Below, piece by piece: positions 56,673-64,000 of a DNA stretch of 64,000 nucleotides (its first letter is position 1; each line of letters starts with the position of its first letter). The notes below the pieces were generated by a model that made no database searches, was not told the DNA's origin, and saw nothing but the letters and a program-made list of their open reading frames with translations. A program made the position numbers and the translations under genes. The stretch comes from Bacteroidales bacterium UBA1189. GTDB taxonomy: Bacteria > Bacteroidota > Bacteroidia > Bacteroidales > Bacteroidaceae. The stretch is taken from the NCBI GenBank assembly GCA_002309805.1, contig DBYJ01000015.1, positions 14,497 through 78,496 on the forward strand, written 5' to 3'.

Positions 56673-56817
56673 CGGCGGGAGAGGAGGCGCCGCATTCACC
56701 ATGCCCTCCATAGAGTAAGTATCCCGAAAAAAACGAAAAATTACGTTTTCTGCCGATTTTTTCGGGCTTATCTCAAAATTCCACTCACAATGGCCTCTCG
56801 GCGAGGGAGCGGAAAAA

Positions 56818-57006
56818 GTATCAGGTATCACGGTATCACCGGTTTTTTCTGATACCACCCATTCGCCGCACCTATATAGGGTTGTTTGCTATTATATATA
56901 ATATAAAGAAAAAAGAGAAATACAAAGAGAAAAAAGAAAGCAAAAAGGGGTAAAAAAAGTATCATGGGTGTCTGCGTGATACCCTGATACCTTGATACCT
57001 GATACC
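56818..57006. repeat. inverted GGTATC-word repeats flanking a 135-bp A-rich core (MITE-like or long hairpin)
   Basis: GTATCAGGTATCACGGTATCACC (56818-56840) is matched by the reverse complement of GTGATACCCTGATACCTTGATACCTGATACC (56976-57006). The core between them is poly-purine (AAAGAAAAAAGAGAAATACAAAGAGAAAAAAGAAAGCAAAAAGGGG). Confidence 0.7.
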
Positions 57007-57074
57007 ACATGCCCCACACCCTCTGGTCTGTCTGGAAGAAGATGGTAAGGTAGGGAGATTGGCTGAAAGAGCGT

Positions 57075-58100
57075 TCATTCCCTGTCGCCGAGCAGCAGGG
57101 TGACGAGGCGCGGGAGGGCGTAGTCGTCAAGGTCTTCTATCCTTATTATATTATAATTAGGCGAAGGGGGGAGGTCGCCCTGAACCTCAGCCTCATAGAG
57201 CGTGGCGTGGATGACTTGATGCGAGAGCACATGGCGGCGCGCGGCGCAGAGACGGAGGGCGGGGGAATTAAGGTCGTTAAGCTCCTCAGGGTATTTGAAG
57301 TCTTTAACGTCGGATGGGGTTTCCAGGAGGGGGAGCTCGTAGAGGCCGCGCCAGATGTCGTCAGCGGTGCGGCGGTGGAGGTACATGTGGGTGGCGTTGT
57401 GGACGTAGAAGTAGTGGAACCAGCGCTCGGTGACCTTCGTGCGATGGCTCTTCACGGGGAGTTCGTCCACCATCCCGCGCGCCAGAGCAAGGCACTTACC
57501 CGCCATGGGACAGACGTCGCAACGGGGCGAACGGGGCACGCACTGCAGGGCACCGAATTCCATGACAGCCTGATTGTAGTGCGCCGATGCCTCGCCGGGG
57601 AGCAGCTGAGCAGCCAACTGGGCGAAGAGCTTCTTGCCCGACGTGGTGTCGATGGGCTCCGTCACGGCAAACAAGCGCGCGAGGACGCGATAGACATTGC
57701 CGTCGACCACAGCCACCGGAAGCCCGTAGGCAAACGACCCGATGGCGGCAGCGGTGTACTCGCCCACCCCGCGCAGGCGCAGCAGCCCTTCGTAGGTGGT
57801 GGGGAAGCCTCCCTGAGCGACAATCTGACGGGCGGCGGCATGGAGGTTGCGGGCACGGCTGTAGTACCCCAATCCCTGCCAGAGACGGAGCACGCGATCC
57901 TCGTCGGCAGCCGCCAAGGCCTCCACCGTGGGGAACGCGCGGAGGAAGCGGACGTAGTAATCGTAACCCTGCGCAACGCGCGTCTGCTGGAGGATGATTT
58001 CGGAAATCCACACGGCGTAAGGGTCGCTCGTCTCGCGCCAGGGGAGCTCGCGATGATGGGCGTCGTACCAGCAAATCAATGTCTCAGCAATCGCATCCAT
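57075..58100 (-). CDS. mutY: A/G-specific adenine DNA glycosylase
   Basis: LPWRETSDPYAVWISEIILQQTRV, the HhH block, the 4Fe-4S cluster (C...C..C....C) and a NUDIX-like C-terminus. The start was set at MDAIAETL by residue count from the ORF track (341 aa). The listed ORF continues upstream across the hup promoter and is not credible there. Confidence 0.9.
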   Translation of the reverse strand: MDAIAETLICWYDAHHRELPWRETSDPYAVWISEIILQQTRVAQGYDYYVRFLRAFPTVEALAAADEDRVLRLWQGLGYYSRARNLHAAARQIVAQGGFPTTYEGLLRLRGVGEYTAAAIGSFAYGLPVAVVDGNVYRVLARLFAVTEPIDTTSGKKLFAQLAAQLLPGEASAHYNQAVMEFGALQCVPRSPRCDVCPMAGKCLALARGMVDELPVKSHRTKVTERWFHYFYVHNATHMYLHRRTADDIWRGLYELPLLETPSDVKDFKYPEELNDLNSPALRLCAARRHVLSHQVIHATLYEAEVQGDLPPSPNYNIIRIEDLDDYALPRLVTLLLGDRE

Positions 58101-58221
58101 TTTTACACACAAAAAAGCATTTTGCGCCTTAATCGGGGGCAAAAATAGCCCATAATCACCAAGAAATAAAAAAAAATGATAAAAAAAAGTGGATTTTTTT
58201 TTTGATGATAGGGAAAAGGTG

Positions 58222-58229
58222 TATATTTG
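58222..58229 (+). promoter_or_regulatory. -7 promoter box TATATTTG
   Basis: Lies 52 nt upstream of the hup ATG. A T10 tract ending in TTTG lies at the -33 position. Confidence 0.5.
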
Positions 58230-58281
58230 CACTCCGAAAAAAGCATTTACCATCGTATAACCAAATAAATTAACCAAAAAA

Positions 58282-58557
58282 ATGACAAAGCAAGAAGTTG
58301 TAAGCGAAATCGCAATGAAGACTGGTGTTGACAAGCAGGACGCCCTGAAGTGTGTAGAAGCCTTTATGGAAGTAGTGAAAGGTTCACTCGTTAGCGGAGA
58401 GAACGTTTACCTGCGTGGTTTTGGTAGCTTTATCCTGAAGAAGAGAGCTCAGAAGACCGCCCGCAACATCTCCAAGAACACCACTCTGGTTGTCCCCGAG
58501 CATAACATCCCCGCCTTCAAGCCCGCTAAGGTTTTCATGCAGGGTGTTAAGGAATAA
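58282..58557 (+). CDS. hup: HU family DNA-binding protein
   Basis: The 91-aa sequence MTKQEVVSEIAMKTGV...LRGFGSF...RNISKNTTLVVPEHNIPAFKP is the HU/IHF fold signature. Confidence 0.95.
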   Translation: MTKQEVVSEIAMKTGVDKQDALKCVEAFMEVVKGSLVSGENVYLRGFGSFILKKRAQKTARNISKNTTLVVPEHNIPAFKPAKVFMQGVKE

Positions 58558-58584
58558 TAGTAAACTGTAAACTTTTCATCACCT

Positions 58585-58674
58585 ATGCCAAGCGGAAAAA
58601 AGAAAAAAAGACATAAAATGTCAACGCATAAGCGCAAAAAACGCTTACGCAAGAATCGTCATAAGAGCAAGTAA
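58585..58674 (+). CDS. 29-aa ultra-basic micro-protein MPSGKKKKRHKMSTHKRKKRLRKNRHKSK (bS22-like ribosomal micro-protein candidate)
   Basis: The ATG lies 27 nt after the hup stop. 19 of 29 residues are K/R/H. A terminator follows at 58693-58750. The ORF is below the size cut-off of the ORF track. Confidence 0.55.
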   Translation: MPSGKKKKRHKMSTHKRKKRLRKNRHKSK

Positions 58675-58692
58675 GCTCTTGTGAGCAACAGA

Positions 58693-58750
58693 ACAAAGAA
58701 CGAACTTCGGGGATAAATGCTCTTCAGGGGTTTGTTCTTTGTCTTTTTTT
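58693..58750 (+). terminator. rho-independent terminator after hup and the small basic ORF
   Basis: ACAAAGAACGAAC (58693-58705) pairs with GTTTGTTCTTTGT (58730-58742) with one mismatch, followed by CTTTTTTT. Confidence 0.6.
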
Positions 58751-58772
58751 GTAATAAACCATCTACCACCCC

Positions 58773-60359
58773 GTGACAAGCGAACTATATTTAGACGTAC
58801 AACCCAAGGAGATACACATCGCCCTGACCGAGGACAAGCAGCTGGTGGAGTACCAGCGCGAGGGTCGTGAGGCATCGTGTACCGTGGGCAACATGTACCT
58901 GGGGCGCGTGAAGAAAATCATGCCCGCCCTCAATGCCTGCTTTGTCGACGTCGGCACCGAGAAGGAGGCCTTCCTCCACTACTATGACCTGGGGCTCCGC
59001 TTCAATTCCTACGACAAATACTTCAAGCAAGTCACCAGCGACAAGAAGAAAACACCCTCCTACGCCAAGGCTCCCATACTGCCCGAGCTGCCCAAGGAGG
59101 GAAGCATCAGCGACTACCTCACGCAGGGACAGGAAATCCTCGTCCAGGTGACCAAGGAACCCATCAACACCAAGGGGCCGCGCATCACGTGCGACATCTC
59201 CTTCGCCGGACGATTCCTTGTGCTTGAGCCCTTCTCCGACCGCGTGTCGGTATCCTCGAAAATCAAGTCGAACGAGGAACGCGCACGCCTCAAGCAGCTG
59301 CTGCAGAGCATCAAGCCCAAGAACTTCGGCGTCATCGTCCGCACCGCCTGCGAAGGCAAGCGCGTGGCCGAACTCGATGCAGAGCTCAACGTGCTCGTCA
59401 ACCGCTGGCAGGACGTCGTCAGCAAGATTCAGGCTGGCGGCAAGGCACCCCAGCTCGTCTTCGAGGAGACAAGCCGCGCCGTGGCCATGCTGCGCGACCT
59501 CTTCAACCCCTCCTACGAGTCGGTTTATGTCAACGACAAGGAAGTCTTCTACCAGATACGCGACTACGTGTCGCTCATCGCCCCCGAGCGCGAAGAGGTC
59601 GTCAAGCACTATACGGGCAACCTGCCCATCTTCGACAATTTCGGCATCACCAAGCAAATCAAGTCGTCCTTCGGCCGCATCGTGCCCTACAAGGGCGGCG
59701 CCTATCTCGTCATCGACCATACGGAGGCGCTGCATGCCGTGGATGTGAACAGCGGACACCGCTCACACGGGCGCTCCGATCAGGAGGTCAATGCCATCGA
59801 GGTCAACCTGGGAGCCGCTGACGAACTGGCACGCCAGCTACGCCTGCGCGATATGGGCGGCATCATCATCGTCGACTTCATCGACATGGACACGGCCGAG
59901 AACCGCCAGAGGCTCTACGAACGGATGTGCGAGAACATGAAGCGCGACCGCGCCAAGCACAACATTCTGCCCCTGAGCAAATTCGGGTTGATGCAGATTA
60001 CCCGCCAACGCGTACGTCCGGCCATGGACGTCCAGGTCGAGGAGACGTGCCCCACATGCTTCGGCACAGGCGTCATCAAGTCGTCCATCCTCTTCACCGA
60101 CACACTCGAAAGCAAAATCGACTATCTCGTGCGCAAACTGAAGGTCAAGCGTTTCGACCTTCACATCCATCCCTACGTAGCTGCTTACGTCAATCAGGGC
60201 CTTCCCTCACTCGCCATCCGCTGGAGGATGAAGTACGGCCTTGGCTTCCGCATCGTCCCCAACCAGTCGCTAGGCTTGCTACAGTACACCTTCTACGACA
60301 GCCGCCACAACGAAATCGACATGAAGGAAGAGCAGGAAATGATGGAGAAAAAAGAGTAA
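58773..60359 (+). CDS. rng: Rne/Rng family ribonuclease (RNase G-like)
   Basis: S1 domain (GNMYLGRVKKIMPALNACFVDVG), the catalytic DNase I-like block (HTEALHAVDVNSG) and Zn-link cysteines (CPTCFGTG). The start codon is GTG. Confidence 0.92.
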   Translation: MTSELYLDVQPKEIHIALTEDKQLVEYQREGREASCTVGNMYLGRVKKIMPALNACFVDVGTEKEAFLHYYDLGLRFNSYDKYFKQVTSDKKKTPSYAKAPILPELPKEGSISDYLTQGQEILVQVTKEPINTKGPRITCDISFAGRFLVLEPFSDRVSVSSKIKSNEERARLKQLLQSIKPKNFGVIVRTACEGKRVAELDAELNVLVNRWQDVVSKIQAGGKAPQLVFEETSRAVAMLRDLFNPSYESVYVNDKEVFYQIRDYVSLIAPEREEVVKHYTGNLPIFDNFGITKQIKSSFGRIVPYKGGAYLVIDHTEALHAVDVNSGHRSHGRSDQEVNAIEVNLGAADELARQLRLRDMGGIIIVDFIDMDTAENRQRLYERMCENMKRDRAKHNILPLSKFGLMQITRQRVRPAMDVQVEETCPTCFGTGVIKSSILFTDTLESKIDYLVRKLKVKRFDLHIHPYVAAYVNQGLPSLAIRWRMKYGLGFRIVPNQSLGLLQYTFYDSRHNEIDMKEEQEMMEKKE

Positions 60360-60421
60360 TATCAAGTACGAAATCAGAAAGTTAGCGTAAGGTGATTCCC
60401 CCGTCGGAGTCACCTTTCGTC

Positions 60422-61408
60422 TTAACGGATTCCCCGTGCATTCAGCGCTGCCTGATAGCGGCGCGCATTGGCGTTATGCTCAGCCAGAGTGGTAGCAAAG
60501 TTGTGATAGCCGCTGAAATCCTCCCGTGCGCACATATAGATATAATTATGTTGGGCAGGATTGAGCACCGCCTCCAGCGCCTGCACCGTGGGGATGCGGA
60601 TGGGCGTGGGAGGAAGACCGGCATGGAGATAGGTGTTATAGGGCGACTCCGTCTTCAGATGCTCGAAGAGGATGCGGCGGAGCGTAGGGTCGCCCACGGC
60701 GTACTTCACCGTAGGGTCAGCTTGAAGCAACATCCCCTTGCGGAGACGATTCAGATAGAGCCCTGCCACGAGGGGTTTCTCGTCCCCCTGAGCCGTCTCT
60801 TCATCGACGATGGAGGCAAGCGTGGCTACTTCATCAGGCGTAAGACCAACGGCTTGAGCCTTTTTCCGCCGTTCGTCGTTCCAATAGCGGGCATACTCCT
60901 TCTCCATCCGCTGCAGGAACTCGTCGGGCGAAAGTGTCCACCACACCTCGTATGTGTTGGGGATGAGACGCGCCATCTGCTCAGGACGAGTAAGCACGGC
61001 AGCAAACTGCGCCGAATCAGCCATGAGCCGCTGCCCCAGCGCTCCAGCCACAGGGCCGAAGGTTCGTGCCGCCGGCACTACGATGCGCACAGGCGTCTGA
61101 TTGCCAGAGAGCAGCCGATTCCAGATATCCCGCATCGAATCGCCCTGACGCACGGAATAATTCCCCGCACGGAAGGCCGACGAGCGGCGGGTGAGCCAAC
61201 GGAGCCCCCGCACATCGCATTGTGCGGCTTCCCTGACCTTCTCCACCACTGCCTCTGTCCCCTCGTCGGGACGAATCTGCAGCGTGCGTTCCTCGCTGGA
61301 TTTCACCAGCGGGCTCATCACGTAATACCAACCCACGGCACCCACAGCGCCTGCCAAAACCACCGCAACTATGGCAGCAATGAGAATAATTTTACCTGTC
61401 TTCTTCAT
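60422..61408 (-). CDS. mltG: endolytic murein transglycosylase MltG (YceG family)
   Basis: A single N-terminal transmembrane helix (MKKTGKIILIAAIVAVVLAGAVG) and the YceG catalytic region (ASIVDEET..., YNTYLHAGLPPTPI). The start is placed at the internal ATG. Confidence 0.9.
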   Translation of the reverse strand: MKKTGKIILIAAIVAVVLAGAVGAVGWYYVMSPLVKSSEERTLQIRPDEGTEAVVEKVREAAQCDVRGLRWLTRRSSAFRAGNYSVRQGDSMRDIWNRLLSGNQTPVRIVVPAARTFGPVAGALGQRLMADSAQFAAVLTRPEQMARLIPNTYEVWWTLSPDEFLQRMEKEYARYWNDERRKKAQAVGLTPDEVATLASIVDEETAQGDEKPLVAGLYLNRLRKGMLLQADPTVKYAVGDPTLRRILFEHLKTESPYNTYLHAGLPPTPIRIPTVQALEAVLNPAQHNYIYMCAREDFSGYHNFATTLAEHNANARRYQAALNARGIR

Positions 61409-61416
61409 ATCCGCCG

Positions 61417-61424
61417 CAAAAGTA
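61417..61424 (-). promoter_or_regulatory. -7 promoter box TACTTTTG (minus strand)
   Basis: Lies 8 nt upstream of the mltG ATG, so the leader would be very short. Confidence 0.4.
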
Positions 61425-61569
61425 ATACTAATTGCAGAATTAGGAACGAGGAATGAAGGTTTTTTTGCATGATCGGGCAGAAAGCACCTACTTTTACGGA
61501 GCGGCACCCCGTTTCAGATACTCACGCTCGAAAATCGAAAATAAATTTGGAAATTCTCGCACTTACTCG

Positions 61570-61577
61570 TATCTTTG
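61570..61577 (+). promoter_or_regulatory. -7 promoter box TATCTTTG
   Basis: Lies 32 nt upstream of the ATG at 61610. Confidence 0.45.
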
Positions 61578-61609
61578 TCCCCACAATCACCTTAAAAAAA
61601 CAGAAGACA

Positions 61610-63208
61610 ATGAAACGAACCCTCACCGTCATGTCAGTCTTTGCACTGATGACCCTCACGGCCTTTGCCCAGCGCGAAGCCACGTTGACCATCCACCCCT
61701 CAAAGGGCGAGTACACCATCAACCGTAACATCTACGGCCAGTTCGCCGAGCACCTCGGCACCTGCATCTACGGCGGCCTTTGGGTGGGCGAAGGCTCCAC
61801 AATCCCCAACCCCCGCGGCTACCGCAACGATGTGGTCAATGCCCTGAAGGAGCTCCACATCCCCGTACTGCGCTGGCCGGGAGGTTGCTTTGCCGACGAC
61901 TACCACTGGGAAGACGGCATTGGCCCCCGCTCACAGCGCCCCAAGAAAGTCAACTCAACTTGGGGAGGAACGGTGGAAGACAATTCGTTCGGCACCCATG
62001 AGTTCCTCAACCTCTGCGAATTACTTGAGTGTGAACCTTACGTTTCAATGAACATTGGCAGCGGAACCGTGCGTGAGACGGCTGACTGGGTGGAATACAT
62101 GACCGCCGACAACGGACCTCAGGCAGAACGTCGCGCACGCAACGGACGTCAGGATCCCTGGAAGGTCAAATTCATCGGTATCGGCAACGAAGCATGGGGT
62201 TGTGGAGGCAATATGACGCCCGAATACTATGGCGATGAGTACAAGCGCTACGCCACTTACTGCCACGATTTTAGCGGCAACCATCTCTTCAAGATCGCTA
62301 GCGGCGCCAGCGACTACGACTACCAATGGACAGAGACGCTGATGAAGAACGTGGGCAACCGCGCCAACGGCCTCTCGCTTCATTACTACACCGTGCTCGG
62401 CTGGAACGGCAGCAAAGGTAAGGCCACTCGCTTCACCGATGATGACTACTACTGGGCACTCGGCAAATGTCTGGGGATTGAGCCTGTCATCCAGCGGCAT
62501 ATCGGCATCATGGATCGCTACGACCCGAAGAAGCGCATCGGTCTCATGGTCGACGAATGGGGCACCTGGTGGGACGAAGAAGAGGGTACCATCCCCGGCC
62601 ACCTCTTCCAGCAGAACACCATGCGCGATGCCTTCGTGGCCGCCCTCTCGCTCAACGTTTTTCACAAATACACCGACCGTATCCAGATGACCAACATTGC
62701 TCAGATTGCCAATGTGCTCCAATCGATGATTCTGACAAAGGACGACAAGATGGTCCTCACCCCCACCTACTATGTCTTCAAGATGTACGTCCCCCATCAG
62801 GATGCCACCTTCCTGCCCTTCGACCTCAACTGCGACCAGATGGACGTGCGAAACGAACGTTTCAACCCCGGACGTAACAACGGCGATGAGGAACCCTATC
62901 GCCACCTGCCGATGCTCTCGGCCACCGCATCACGCAGCGCCGACGGGCTTATCCACATCTCGCTGGCTAACGTTGACCTCAAGCAAAAACAAACCGTCAC
63001 CATCTCGCTAGACGACGTGAAGGCAACCTCTGTCACAGGCACCATTCTCACCTCGACGAACATCGCCGATCACAACACTTTCACCAATCCTTCAGTCGTA
63101 CGAGATGCCCCCTTCACCGGCGCAAAGATTGACAAGAAGGACAAGTCGCTCATTACCGTCACCCTGCCCGCCAAATCCATCGTCACGCTGGAAGTGAACG
63201 CCAAATGA
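61610..63208 (+). CDS. glycoside hydrolase family 51 alpha-L-arabinofuranosidase, secreted
   Basis: Signal peptide MKRTLTVMSVFALMTLTAFAQ and GH51 blocks (NIYGQFAEHLG, LRWPGGCFADDYHW, GIGNEAWGCGG, VDEWGTWW). Confidence 0.9.
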   Translation: MKRTLTVMSVFALMTLTAFAQREATLTIHPSKGEYTINRNIYGQFAEHLGTCIYGGLWVGEGSTIPNPRGYRNDVVNALKELHIPVLRWPGGCFADDYHWEDGIGPRSQRPKKVNSTWGGTVEDNSFGTHEFLNLCELLECEPYVSMNIGSGTVRETADWVEYMTADNGPQAERRARNGRQDPWKVKFIGIGNEAWGCGGNMTPEYYGDEYKRYATYCHDFSGNHLFKIASGASDYDYQWTETLMKNVGNRANGLSLHYYTVLGWNGSKGKATRFTDDDYYWALGKCLGIEPVIQRHIGIMDRYDPKKRIGLMVDEWGTWWDEEEGTIPGHLFQQNTMRDAFVAALSLNVFHKYTDRIQMTNIAQIANVLQSMILTKDDKMVLTPTYYVFKMYVPHQDATFLPFDLNCDQMDVRNERFNPGRNNGDEEPYRHLPMLSATASRSADGLIHISLANVDLKQKQTVTISLDDVKATSVTGTILTSTNIADHNTFTNPSVVRDAPFTGAKIDKKDKSLITVTLPAKSIVTLEVNAK

Positions 63209-64000
63209 TCTACCTCCTTATCGCAGCCGTTTGCGGCACGCTGTTCTCCATCGTCTTCAAAGTATGCCAACGATGGGGAATTGACACTATGCAAGCCATC
63301 TTGTTCAACTACGTCACAGGCATACTTGTAGCATGGATTCCACTGTTTGTTAAGCAGCTGACAGGTGGTCCTGCCGTTGTCAACCCATTCGCCCAAAGCT
63401 GGATCTGGCTAGCACTCCTGCAAGGCTTCTTCTTCATGAGTGGCTTCATCGTCATGGCACTCAGCACACGCCATTGTGGCGTTGCCCTCACGACTGTGGC
63501 TGCCCGCGCAAGCCTCATCGTCCCTGTCATCCTCAGCTGGATCATCCTTGCAGGCCCTGCCCCCCAGTGGATACCCGTCACGCTGGTCATTGCGGCTCTC
63601 ATCATCATCGCCTTCGGGAAACGCACGGAGAAAGCTACGGGAAAGACTACTGAGTGGAAAGCCTACATGCTGTTCTTTTTCGTGTTCCTATTCTACGGCA
63701 TCGCCGACTTCTCACTGAAGTATGTCCAAAACACCGTATCGCTCCATTGTGGCGACGACAACACTCTCGTCAGCCGACAGCTCACTGCCCTCACCGGTAC
63801 CATCTTCCTGATGGCAGCCTTGCTGAGTTTGCTCGTCGTACTCTTTCGTCCCAAGAGCCAGAAAAGCCCCTTTAGCTGGCGTTCAGCAGCAGCAGGTGCC
63901 CTCCTTGGTTTGGCCAATCTCGCCTGCACCACCTGTATCTTGCGAAGCCTTACCATCCTGCCCGCTGCCACCTTCTTCCCCCTCTACAATATCGGCATTG
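63205..64000 (+). CDS. DMT/EamA-like polytopic membrane protein (3' end outside the window)
   Basis: The frame is open from the ATG at 63205 to the window end with no stop, so it is absent from the ORF track. The product is hydrophobic (MIYLLIAAVCGTLFSIVFKVCQ...), with at least 7 predicted transmembrane segments. Its ATG overlaps the GH51 TGA as ATGA. Confidence 0.6.
   Translation, partial: MIYLLIAAVCGTLFSIVFKVCQRWGIDTMQAILFNYVTGILVAWIPLFVKQLTGGPAVVNPFAQSWIWLALLQGFFFMSGFIVMALSTRHCGVALTTVAARASLIVPVILSWIILAGPAPQWIPVTLVIAALIIIAFGKRTEKATGKTTEWKAYMLFFFVFLFYGIADFSLKYVQNTVSLHCGDDNTLVSRQLTALTGTIFLMAALLSLLVVLFRPKSQKSPFSWRSAAAGALLGLANLACTTCILRSLTILPAATFFPLYNIGI

Noticed and set aside
56430-56858. 142-aa minus-strand ORF in the ssb-mutY spacer
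   Set aside because: It reads through the GC-rich tandem repeats and the C9/G9 tract, giving a P/A/G/S-rich low-complexity product. It would start inside the GGTATC-word repeat and overlap the ssb promoter. I treat it as non-coding, though the region itself is flagged as a finding.
58101-58334. Upstream extension of the mutY ORF (TTG start at 58334)
   Set aside because: It would run through the homopolymer tracts and the hup promoter and overlap the hup start codon on the other strand. MutY homology begins at MDAIAETL.
60386-60421. Possible terminator hairpin AAGGTGA...TCACCTT between rng and mltG
   Set aside because: The stem is only 6-7 bp, the loop is 14 nt and there is no clear U-tract on either strand. 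It is too weak to call.
60392-61456. 354-aa plus-strand ORF
   Set aside because: It is antisense to mltG and has shadow-ORF composition.

Overview
This 64-kb chromosomal segment has the hallmarks of a Bacteroidota genome, most likely a high-GC member of the Prevotellaceae (taxon is inference). The hallmarks are TAnnTTTG -7 promoter boxes in front of most genes, no Shine-Dalgarno signals, many lipoprotein or secreted proteins, one T9SS-sorted exoprotein, gldE and a TonB-dependent receptor. About 50 protein genes are densely packed on both strands. Most are housekeeping: alaS (3' part), relA/spoT, queA, dapA, ligA, trmD, gdhA, murB, pheS, nth, nudC, fbp, manA, ubiE/menA, ssb, mutY, hup, rng and mltG. 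Single glycan-degrading enzymes are scattered among them (GH92, GH78, GH43, GH3, GH51, a DUF4091/GH123-like protein), without SusC/D pairs. There is also one tRNA-Thr(CGU) and a TPP-riboswitch-controlled thiamine uptake operon (TonB-dependent receptor plus PnuC-family transporter). I found no rRNA, CRISPR array, transposase, integrase, phage gene or recognisable defence gene, and I do not see a convincing new multi-gene protein system. What the gene map leaves unexplained is the intergenic DNA. At least eight loci carry short word arrays phased at exactly 21 or 22 bp, and two of them share the core YAGGCRAATAA upstream of promoters. There are also long AT-rich or stutter-word palindromes and a 670-bp non-coding island between ssb and mutY. 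Other leads:
- an unlisted 29-aa ultra-basic ORF after hup (bS22-like)
- a tri-domain acyl-AMP ligase/carrier/PlsC acyltransferase
- a T9SS endonuclease I fusion next to a lipoprotein 5'-nucleotidase
- a phased triple palindrome upstream of gdhA
- a candidate ~65-nt sRNA after alaS
Small-motif coordinates were hand-counted and may be off by 1-2 nt.
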